From Macrostomum lignano (taxonomy: Eukaryota), in contig NIVC01000424.1 in the NCBI GenBank assembly GCA_002269645.1, positions 186,001 through 250,000 on the forward strand: a DNA stretch of 64,000 nucleotides, written 5' to 3'. Below the pieces are notes generated by a model. The model did no database searches. It was not told the origin of the DNA and saw only the letters and a list, made by a program, of their open reading frames with translations. Below, piece by piece: positions 35,401 through 47,400 of this stretch. Within the stretch, counting starts at the first letter, position 1, and the number at the start of each line of letters is the position of its first letter. The position numbers were made by a program, and so were the translations under genes.

Positions 35401-38400
35401 CTACTGACAGTAGGATGTTAAGCCCATTCAGTGCGCGAGTCACTTCACCAGCGTCTGGCTGAGGATCTTTGGCCGCGGGCTCGGACAGCAGGGGCGGCAC
35501 GATAACATTGCCGGCATTGCTTAGAAGCGATTGCGGATGCTGCTGGGGCGGTTGCTGCTTAAGCTGATCCTCCTGGGGATGCGAAGGTTTAGATTGTGCT
35601 GTTGCTAGTGTTAGACACTAGTGTTTATACAGACTGTTAGACACTGTCAAAAACTGAATTCTATGTTAGATACTGAACGTTTTTATACACCGAATCTCAC
35701 CAGACACTAAATCCCACCTGTTAGGCACTAAATCCCACCTGTTAGACACTAAATCTCATCTGTTAGACACAAAACTCCACCTGTTAGACACTAAATCCCA
35801 CCTGTTAGGCACTAAATCCCACCTGTTAGACACTAAATCTCATCTGTTAGACACAAAACTCCACCTGTTAGACACTAAATCCCACCTGTTAGACACTAAA
35901 TCCCACCTGTTAGACACTAAACTCAACCTGTTAGACACTAAATCCCACCTGTTAGACACTAAATCCCACCTGTTAGACACTAAACTCCAACTGTTAGACA
36001 CTAAATCCCACCTGTTAGACACTAAATCCCACCTGTTAGACACTAAATCTCATCTGTTAGACACAAAACTCCACCTGTTAGACACTAAATCCCACCTGTT
36101 AGACACTAAACTCCACCTGTTAGACACTAAATCCCATCTGTTAGACACTAAACTCCAACTGTTAGACACTAAATCCCACCTGTAAGACACTAAATCCCAC
36201 CTGTTAGACACTAAATCCCACCTGTTAGACACTAAACTCAACCTGTTAGACACTAAATCCCACCTGTTAGACACTAAATCCCACCTGTTAGACACTAAAC
36301 TCCAACTGTTAGACACTAAATCCCACCTGTTAGACACTAAATCCCACCTGTAAGATACTCTCAGACTCAACCAAAGCAACCCTTACCGTCCCAGCCTTGC
36401 GCGCCTCCCAGGCAATGAGCAGCCGATCGTACGGCTCCCAGGCGTCCAGTAGGATTCGAACTCCCAGCTCAGCCAGCATGTTGGCAGCCGGAGCTGATAA
36501 ATCGCCAATCTGAGAAGCCACCCGACGCAACACCTGGCTAACAAAGGGATTAGTTGAGCCGCCAATAAGTCGCAGCAGGTTGCCAATCTGTTTCGACAGG
36601 CACAGCATGTGAGCGCTGGCGAGTTTGCGAAGATTGACGCAGGCGCTGAGCTCGGATTCTGTTACCTGTAATTTGATTGCGGGATTTGGCTACTTCTGCT
36701 TCAGCTGAGGCCTGGGAGTATGGGATTCTTATATCAAGAATTTGTGATACTCTTATTGTGTACGTGGGCAGCACGTGATTTGAGAATTTCAAAGTTTGGG
36801 ATTTATGGGATTTCAGGATGTCGGAGCATGGGATTTGAGAATTGCTCAGCATGAGATTTGAGGATTTCTGGGCATGGGATCCGAAGATTTCTGGGCATGG
36901 GATTTGAGGATTTCTGAGCATGGGATTTGAGGATTTCTGAGCATGGGATTTGAGAATGTCTGAGCATGGGATTTGAGGATTTCTGAGCAGGGGATTTGAG
37001 GATTTCTGAGCATGGGATTTGAGGATTTCTCAGCATGGGATTTGAGGATTTCTGAGCATGGGATTTGAGAATTTCTGAGCATGGGATTTGAGGATTTCTG
37101 AGCATGGGATTTGAGGATTTTTCATCACGGGATTTGAGGATTTTTCATCACGGGATTTGAGGAATTCTGAGCATGGGATTTGAGGATTTCTGGGCATGGG
37201 ATTTGAGGATTTCTAAGCATGGGATTTAAGGATTTTTCATCACGGGATTTGAGGCTTTCTGAGCATGGGATTTGAGGCTTTCTGAGCATGGGATTTGAGG
37301 ATTTCTGAGCATGGGATTTGAGGATTTCTAAGCATGGGATTTGAGGATTTCTAAGCATGGGATTTGAGGATTTCTGAGCATGGGATTTGAGGATTTCTGA
37401 GCATGGGATTTGAGGATTTCTAAGCATGGGATTTGAGGATTTTTGAGCATGGGATTTGAGGATTTTTCATCACGGGATTTGAGGAATTCTGAGCATGGGA
37501 TTTGAGGATTTCTGAGCATGGGATTTGAGGATTTCTAAGCATGGGATTTAAGGATTTTTCATCACGGGATTTGAGGCTTTCTGAGCATGGGATTTGAGGA
37601 TTTCTGAGCATGGTTTTTGAGGATTTCTAAGCATGGGATTTGAGGATTTATAAGCATGGGATTTGAGGATTTCTAAGCATGGGATTTGAGGCTTTCTGAG
37701 CATGGGATTTGAGGATTTCTGAGCATGGGATTTGAGGATTTCTAAGCATGGGATTTGAGGATTTTTGAGCATGGGATTTGAGGATTTTTCATCACGGGAT
37801 TTGAGGAATTCTGAGCATGGGATTTGAGGATTTCTGAGCATGGGATTTGAGGATTTCTAAGCATGGGATTTAAGGATTTTTCATCACGGGATTTGAGGCT
37901 TTCTGAGCATGGGATTTGAGGATTTCTGAGCATGGTTTTTGAGGATTTCTAAGCATGGGATTTGAGGATTTATAAGCATGGGATTTGAGGATTTCTAAGC
38001 ATGGGATTTGAGGATTTCTGAGCATGGGATTTGAGGATTTCTGAGCATGGGATTTGAGGATTTCTAAGCATGGGATTTGAGGATTTTTGAGCATGGGATT
38101 TGAGGATTTTTCATCACGGGATTTGAGCATTTATGAGCATGGGATTTGAGGATTTTTCATCACGGGATTTGAGGATTTCTGAGCATGGGATTTGAAGATT
38201 TATAAGCATGGGATTTGAGGATTTCTAAGCATGGGATTTGAGGATTTCTGAGCATGGGATTTAAGGATTTCTGAGCATGGGATTTGAGGATTTCTAAGCA
38301 TGGGATTTGAGGATTTATAAGCATGGGATTTAAGGATTTCTAAGCATGGGATTTGAGGATTTTTGAGCATGGGATTTGAGGATTTTTCATCACGGGATTT

Positions 38401-41400
38401 GAGCATTTATGAGCATGGGATTTGAGGATTTTTCATCACGGGATTTGAGGATTTCTGAGCATGGGATTTGATGATTTTTCATCACGGGATTTGAGGATTT
38501 CTAAGTATGGGATTTGAGGATTTCTAAGCATGGGATTTGAGGATTTCTGAGCATGGGATTTGAGGATTTCTAAGCATGGTATTTGAGGATTTCTGAGCAT
38601 GGGATTTGAGGATTTCTAAGCATGGTATTTGAGGATTTCTGAGCATTGGATTTGAGAGCTTGGGACTTGATGCTTTCTGAGAAGCTTGAAGATATTGTAA
38701 AAAGGGATTAAAATATTTATTAGATCACAAATAAAAGTCTAGAAAACAGCCTGACCTTGGACCCAGTCCTAATATAGATTGGCAGCGGCAGTGGCAACAG
38801 TTCGCCCAGAATAGTCAGGCCGGCCAAATAATAGCAAGGCGCTGACACAGTCAACTCCAGTACATGTTTCAACGCTTTAGTCCACTGAGAATCGTCTAGC
38901 GCGCGTTCGTGATCACCAGCTGGCGGCAGGGCAGTCTGACTGAATGCCAGATAGCTGTCAATCACACCAGTGTGAATCTGGGAAATCACCTGGGCGTACA
39001 ACAGCGGCAAACTAGCCGATGGGAAACTGCAAGCCACGGCGAATGCGCGAAATAAGCAATCCAGCATAGTGTAGTTGTTGAACCGCGAGCCCATAGCTTT
39101 GATAACGCTCTGCAGTAGCACCGCTATGGTCTGTATAGCCGGCTCCAGTGCCAGGAGAGACATCAGGAAATTGTCGTCTAGAAAGTCCGTGCCTTGTTGC
39201 CAGGGCAGGGTGAGCTGCGGATGGGGGAAAGTTTAGCAGCTTATTTTCAATTCTGCTTTTGTCTTGTTAAAAATTAATTAGGGATGAGTGAGTTGCGTGA
39301 TGGGATAAGGGTGAGATGGAGGCAGGTGAGAGGATGAGAGGTAAGGGAAGAGTTGGGGAGAGTTGAGAGGGAGTGAGTTGGGTGAGAGGGAGAGTGAAAA
39401 GGAGAGTGATAGGGTGAGAGGAAGAGTGAAGGAGGCTGAGAGGAAGAGTGAAGGAGGCTGAGAGGAAGAGTGAAGGAGGCTGAGAGGAAGAGTGAAGGAG
39501 GCTGAGAGGAAGAGTGAAGGAGGCTGAGAGGAAGAGTGAAGGAGGCTGAGAGGAAGAGTGAAGGAGGCTGAGAGGAAGAGTGAAGGAGGCTGAGAGGGAG
39601 GGTGAGAGGGAGGGTGAGAGGAAGAGTGAAGGAGGCTGAGAGGAAGAGTGAAGGAGGGTGAGAGGGAGGGTGAGAGGGAGGGTGAGAGGAAGAGTAAAGG
39701 AGGCTGAGAGGAAGAGTGAAGGAGGCTGAGAGGGAGGGTGAGAGGGAGGGTGAGAGGAAGAGTGAAGGAGGCTGAGAGGAAGAGTGAAGGAGGCTGAGAG
39801 GAAGAGTGAAGGAGGCTGAGAGGAAGAGTGAAGGAGGCTGAGAGGGAGGGTGAGAGGGAGGGTGAGAGGAAGAGTGAAGGAGGCTGAGAGGAAGAGTGAA
39901 GGAGGCTGAGAGGAAGAGTGAAGGAGGCTGAGAGGAAGAGTGAAGGAGGCTGAGAGGAAGAGTGAAGGAGGCTGAGAGGGAGGGTGAGAGGGAGGCTGAG
40001 AGGAAGAGTGAAGGAGGCTGAGAGGAAGAGTGAAGGAGGCTGAGAGGAAGAGTGAAGGAGGCTGAGAGGAAGAGTGAAGGAGGCTGAGAGGGAGGGTGAG
40101 AGGGAGGGTGAGAGGAAGAGTGAAGGAGGCTGAGAGGAAGAGTGAAGGAGGGTGAGAGGGAGGGTGAGAGGGAGGGTGAGAGGAAGAGTAAAGGAGGCTG
40201 AGAGGAAGAGTGAAGGAGGCTGAGAGGGAGGGTGAGAGGGAGGGTGAGAGGAAGAGTGAAGGAGGCTGAGAGGAAGAGTGAAGGAGGCTGAGAGGAAGAG
40301 TGAAGGAGGCTGAGAGGAAGAGTGAAGGAGGCTGAGAGGGAGGGTGAGAGGGAGGGTGAGAGGAAGAGTGAAGGAGGCTGAGAGGAAGAGTGAAGGAGGC
40401 TGAGAGGAAGAGTGAAGGAGGCTGAGAGGAAGAGTGAAGGAGGCTGAGAGGGAGGGTGAGAGGGAGGGTGAGAGGAAGAGTGAAGGAGGCTGAGAGGAAG
40501 AGTGAAGGAGGCTGAGAGGAAGAGTGAAGGAGGCTGAGAGGAAGAGTGAAGGAGGCTGAGAGGAAGAGTGAAGGAGGCTGAGAGGGAGGGTGAGAGGGAG
40601 AGTGAAAGATGGTTAGAGGTTGATAGGAAGGCGATAAGGCGACCGGTAGCTATAGCAGAGCACAGCACCAGGTGAAGGAGACCTAAGTGTTGGCATATAT
40701 AAGCAATAAACAAAAAGACACAAAAGCTAACCTGATCAACCAGCCTTGTGGCAATCCTCACAAGCAGGTTGAGCCCGTCGGCGCTAACCAGCTCAGCCAG
40801 TGCGTACTGATAGCGCAGCTCGGTGACTCTCGGCTCCAGCGCGTGCGGACACCACAGCCTGGGAGTCTCTCTGGCCCGGAACGAACCGGGAGCCACCGTT
40901 AGAGTTTTCAACAGTCGCAACAGGGTGACCAGGCCTGGCGGGCAGGGTGAATGGTCCAAGCAGTCTGACCAGGTCTTCAAGCTGGTCAGCAGGGCTGGCA
41001 GCTGGTCCAGATTGTATGGCGGCCGGATTGTCTGCCGAATGGCCGAATGGTGGTTTGTTTTTTATATTTACAGAGCACTACCGATATGTAGCGTAGCTAA
41101 TTTAATTTTCGAATTGGATACCGTCATCTGACTGCTAGTAAATTGGGATCGGGATCACACAGGATTTGGGACCGGGAAACCAGGATCCCACAGGATTTGG
41201 GGATCGGAAAACTGGGATCCCACAGGATTTCAGGATTGGGTTCTCACAATTTTTTTGGATCAGGATCCGACAGGATTTGGGGATCCGGATCCCACAATAT
41301 TTTGGGACCGGGAAACCGAGATCCCACAGGATTTTGGGATAGGGAATCCGGGATCCCACAGGATTTGGGATCGGAAAACTGGAATCCCACAGGATTTTGG

Positions 41401-44400
41401 GATCGGGAAACCGGGATCTCACAAGATTTTGGGATCGGGTAACCGGGATCCCATAGGATTTGGGATCAGAACAATGGGATCCATCAGGATTTAGGGATCG
41501 GGAAACCGGGATCCCACAGGATTTAGGGATCGGGAAACCGGGATCCCACAGGATTTAGGGATCGGGATCACACAGGACTCTATTACTGGAGACAAAAATC
41601 GATTCGATTACTAATTATTACCTTGAGTGGAGCCAGCCAATCAGCCAGTTCACTCAATCGGCTACTACTCGCAGACTTTCCACTGCCGCTTCCAGTAGCA
41701 GCAGAAGAAGCAGAACCAGCAGACGTTGTTGCTGTCTGTTGCTGCTGCTGTTGTTGTTGCTTCTTCCGGCCAGCCCCGGCCACCACGGCCAGCAGTCTGT
41801 CGCCGCATTTGCCAAACAGGCCGCCAACAAATTGGTCACCGTCAGCGTAGCGCAAACACGCGGACAGAATTGACAGGCAGTAGCTGCGAGTTGCGGAGCG
41901 GTAGCGTTTCTGCTGCTGCTGCTGCTGCTGGCGCTGTCTTTTAGCAGAAGACGGCGCATCGGAAGCGCCGGCAGCAACAACGCTAGAGGACTCTAGAAAT
42001 GGCAGCAATACTAGCATGCTCTCTTCTGTAAGCAGCAATTCCGCTAGCCAACGACCAGCCTGAGGCGCAGAGGCGGACATCAGATACAGTTCATGCAGAC
42101 TGGCCACGGCCTCGCTTGCCAACTCGTCTAGCAGGCCGGCCTGCTGCTGAGCTGGACCAGTCGATGACGAAGGCGACTGCGGCGGCGAAGACGACTTGGC
42201 ATCGTCAGAGGCGGCGTTGGCGAGCATCAGCCGGCGCAGTTTGTGATGCACCAATAGCCGATCAATATGGCCAACAGTGAATAATTTGCAGATCAACTGC
42301 AAACCAAGCGCTGACCAATCTGCTGGCGCTGGCGATTTATTTGCCTCCTCGTCATCGTCTCCATCATCGTCATTGGACTCCTGCTGGTTCGCCTGCTGCT
42401 CTTTGTTGCCATTGTCTTTGTTATTGTCCGAGTCGGGATTTAGCTCCGGACTTAGGCGGTAGATTATAGCCTGTAGGTAGAGTTTCAGGTGCAAATTTGT
42501 GCTTCAGGGTTCAGGCCCTCAGGAGAGGGTCTAGGAAGCTTCAGTGTTGAAGACCTCAGATAAAGCTTCAGAGAACAGGGTTCAGGGCCTCAGGACCAGC
42601 TTTAGAGAACAGGGTTCAGGACCTCAGTACAAGCTTCAGAAAAAAGGGTTCAGGACATTAAGACAAGCTACAGAGAACAGGGTTCAGGAACTTCAGGACA
42701 AGCTTCAGCGAACAGGGTTCAGGACATAAAATAAAGCTTCAGAGAACAGGGTTCCGGACATCAGGACAAGCTTCAGAGAACAGGGTTCAGGAACCTCAGG
42801 ACAAGCTTCAGAGAACAGGGTTCAGGACCTCAGATAAAGCTTCAGAGAACAGGGTTCAGGACATCAGGACAAGCTTCAGAAAACATGGCTCAGAATATCA
42901 GGACAAGCTTCAGACAACAGGTTTCAGGAACCTCAGGATAAGCTTCAGACAACAGGGTTCAGGAACCTCAGGACCAGCTTCAAAAAACAGGGTTCAGGAA
43001 CCTCAGGACAAGCTTCAAAGAACAGGGTTCAGGACATTAAGACAAGCTTCAGAGAACAGGGTTCAGGAACTTCAGGACAAGCTTCAGCGAACAGGGTTCA
43101 GGACATAAAATAAAGCTTCAGAGAACAGGGTTCCGGACATCAGGACAAGCTTCAGAGAACATGGCTCAGAATATCAGGACAAGCTTCAGGGAACAGGGTT
43201 CAGGAACCTCAGGATAAGCTTCAGCGAACAGGGTTCAGGACATAAAATAAAGCTTCAGAGAACAGGGTTCCGGACATCAGGACAAGCTTCAGAGAACATG
43301 GCTCAGAATATCAAGACAAGCTTCAGGGAACAGGGTTCAGGAACCTCAGGATAAGCTTCAGACAACAGGTTTCAGGAACCTCAGGATAAGCTTCAGACAA
43401 CAGGTTTCAGGAACCTCAGGATAAGCTTTAGACAACAGGGTTCAGGAACCTCAGGACCAGCTTCAAAAAACAGGGTTCAGGAACCTCAGGATAAGCTTCA
43501 GACAACAGGGTTCAGAAACCTCAGGACCAGCTTCAAAAAACAGGGTTCAGGAACCTCAGGACAAGCTTTAAAGAATAGGGTTCAGGACATTAAGACAAGC
43601 TTCAGAGAACAGGGTTCAGGAACCTCAGGACAAGCTTCAGAGAACAGGGTTCAGGACATCAGATAAAGCTTCAGGGAAAAGGGCTCAGGACCTCAGGATA
43701 AGCTTCAAGGAACAGGGTTCAGGAACTTCAGGACAAGCTTCAGAGAAAAGGGTTCAGGACATTAGGACAAGCTTCAGAGAACAGAGTTCAGGACCTCAGG
43801 ACAAGAAGAGGGCTCAGAATGTCATCCATAAAAGCTGTCTAGCAGATAAAAACATAAACCCGACCTGAAGCAGCAGCGGCTGAGCAGCCAGGTACTGCAC
43901 CCCGTGATCCAGGCTGAGCAGAGCCTCCAACAGACCGCAGGCGGAGTGCCGGACTCGCTGCAGTCCAGGCCGGGGCCGGGGCTCGCACACGGCGTGTCGA
44001 ACGCAGTCCATCAGGCGAACAGAATTGAAGTAATGATACAGATCTGGATAGGGGCTGTAGGGCCGCTGGGTCTGTTCGAAGCACACTCCGGCTGGTAGGC
44101 AACGTCGAGGATGACCGATCGACTGAGGCGCATTCAGATAGGCCAAGCGAATGTCAGCTAGAGCGGACGACAGCCTGTCAGCTATGGCTGACAGCTCCTT
44201 GTCGGCTGCGGCCTGCTTCTGCTGCTGACTGGCTGGTGCTGTTGAAGAATCTGCAGCTGGGTTTGCATCGTCTGCCGCTGCTGCTGCTGCTGATGCGGCC
44301 GCTTCGGCTGCTGCACTGCGTTCGGCCTGCGGAGAGGCAGAGTGCAGAAATGAGATTGGCTGAGTAGCTGAAGGATTGGCTGAGTAGCTGAAGGATTGGC

Positions 44401-47400
44401 TGAGTAGCTGAAGGATTGGTTGAGTAGCTGAAGGATTGGCTGAGTAGCTGAAGGATTGGCTGAGTAGCTGAAGGATTGGCTGAGTAGCTGAAGGATTGGC
44501 TGAGTAGCTGAAGGATTGGCTGAGTAGCTGAAGGATTGGCTGAGTAGCTGAGGATTGGCTGAGTAGCTGAGGGATTGGTTGAGTAGCTGAAGGATTGGCT
44601 GAGTAGCTGAAGGATTGGTTGAGTAGCTGAAGGATTGGTTCAGTAGCTGAAGGATTGGCTGAGTAGCTGAGGGATCTGGAAGGCTGGCCCGGCAACTGAT
44701 GATCTGTGGAGAGTGGCGGTGGCCCCCACCCCTGCAAAGTAGCACGGCACTGACCTGTTTAAACTGGTGAAACAGAGTCCGAAAATCCAACAACGATTCG
44801 TACAGATGCAGCTTGTTCAGCAGGCAGCCCATGGCGGCCACCACTCTGGCCGTGTGCTTCTGGTAAAACATTGCCAACAGTCTTTTGTATGGCGTGTCCA
44901 AGTCCATTCTGGCCAAGCATTTTCGCATATGCGTCAGATCGTCTTCGCCAAGTACGCGCGGCGGTTCGATGTACTTTTTACCTGAATTGGAAAATTTAGG
45001 AAAATTAGGAAAGTTTAACATTTGCCTACTGCAAGTAGGATAGGTGAAAATTGCAAGTAAAATTTAATAAATAGAGACAAACAATGGCTTCAAAAATGAG
45101 ATACTCTAAAGTAATTTTCTATTACTTTGGAAAAAAACTATTGATAAATAACTTAACTACTTACAGTACTCGTACTACATCGTCCAAACTTAATATTAAA
45201 TTTTACAATAGAAAATCTATACTTTCGATACATATCGGCAATTGAAAATTAAAGATAGTTAAAATCTCACCTCCTTCCGATTGTTGCTGCTGGGCGGCAG
45301 CGCTAACGGTACTACTGCTAGTAGCTGATTCGGACGTCACTCCAAGAAAAGCGTCAGCCCCGGCCGCCAGTCGAACTGAGCTGCTTAGCGCTCGAACAAT
45401 TAACAATTTAACAGACGTGGCCATGTGATCAGCCGATAGCAAATCCAGCAGCCTATGCTGAACAGATTTAGCCAGTAGTCTCGCACTGATTCGCTGATCT
45501 AAAGTACACAGCATACCGGCTAGGCTCAATCCAGCCTTCAAGTGTCTCATTATAAACGTATTAGCGTCTTGTTGTTGCTGCCTCCGAGCTGCCTGTAAGT
45601 CTAGGCCTTCCAGCGTCCAGTCTACCAGAGTGTCCATAGTAGTCTCAAACTCTGCCAGGTTGATGCTTTCAACAAAGGCCAGAGCGCCAGGCAGATAAGT
45701 AGGCAGCTGCTCCAGCTGTTCAATCCACTGCCAATTATGACTGGCAGGTTCCGCGTAGCGACTAAGCAAGTCGGCTAAACGGCTGGCAGCCTCTTCGCAT
45801 CGCTCCTCATCCTGGGTGTTGATGACTGGCTGCGCGGAGTCGTACAGGAGCTTTTTCTCCACCTGTACAATTTGTGCAGCAGATTATTGAAACTAAGATC
45901 ACGGACTAAACTCATTAGGACAATTTATTAGATTCCCCGACATAATCTGAGAATCTCACATCTCCCACAATATACATGCCCTAATATAAGCCCTAGCGCG
46001 AGAGGTCTGGCCAAGGTAAGACGCAAACAAAGCCGACTCGAGAAATACAGACGTAGTACTAACTAGCTGACGAGTAACTTAGCCTTATTAATACAGTCAT
46101 AGTTACTCCTGCCGTTTATCCAAATTTTTACTTGGGTGACGTTTTCATTTTGGGTCAACAAGTGAATCACCTCAAAAGCGGTCAGGCTCGGATCCGAGGG
46201 GAACCGCAGTTCCCTGAGCCGACACCGCTCGGGCCTGAACGCCAGCGGAAACCCCAGCTCGGCTTCGCTGAGCTCCTGCGGCATCGTCGAAGTCGTTGAA
46301 TCGACCGACTGCTCGCCCGAACTAGTCAACAGCTCCTGCTCGTCATCGGTGCACCAGCTGACATCGTCGGTAACGTCAGCAGCATCGGCAGAATCCTCTT
46401 CCTCGGCTGGCCGTTTAGTTTGGCCAACCGCGCCGGCAATAAGCGGCGCCATCGACATCGAGCCAACTGGCAGCTGAGGCGAACGAGGCCGCGAGCTCTG
46501 ATGAGGCATCTGATGTTGCTGATGCTGCTGCTGCTGACGCCTGAAGTCAAAGTTGCCACCGCTTCCGCCGCCTCGATAGCGACTAAACACTGACTGATGC
46601 TGCTGCTGTTGCTGCTGATGGTGAAACGAATGCGGTAGATGGTGAGGCGGTTGGCTGGAAGTTATAGCGGGTGGAAGCTGCTGTTGCTGCTGCTGCTGCA
46701 TCGATATATGATGAGGCGGCAGAGGAGGCGGCGGCAGAGGCGGTGGCAGTGGCAGTGGCAGCGGAAGCTGCTGTTGCTGTTGTTGAGTCATTGGAACTTG
46801 AAACTGAGACTGATGATACATCTGCTGCTGCTGCTGGAAGGCAGACATTGGATTTGGCAGGGACATTGGCGGCGGCAACTGCGGTGGAGGCATCAGTTGC
46901 TGCTGCTGCTGCTGCGAGGATGGTGGTGTCAAAAATGGAGCCTTGCTAGCCCCGCTCGGCGCGGGGGTGCCAAACACGCCCAGAGTGAGGCTACTATAAG
47001 TGCCGCGAATCACAAGCAGGTCAGTGCAGGAGTCGCTCAGACTGCAACTGGTATGACCGGATCGTTCGTCGTATTTGAGATCGCCGACTTTTTCAAAGGT
47101 GGCAGCTTCTGGGCCTCGGCGGGCGAAGAATTCCACATTGAACTGCGAAGGCCCAGTAAGGCCAACCATCGGCTCGGAGCGCTGCAGTTCGCTCTTGATG
47201 GCCACGCCGAATGGCACAATGCGGGCCTCTCGTAGGCGAACGCTTGGATTGAATAGCACAGTGTCGCATTGCACTTCCTGCGAATATGAAGCAATTGATT
47301 ACCTTAGCCTTTGATTCTCCGTGCATTGCTCACAAGATATCAAACTATTCATTAGGCCTTAATATTGTAATATCTGTTGGGTTCCTACTTAGTGGTTGGA

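Noticed and set aside
36665-45862. Several VIRMA exons begin with GT (CAG|GT)
   Set aside because: AG|GT is the ordinary exon-junction consensus; about 5 of about 24 acceptors is unremarkable.
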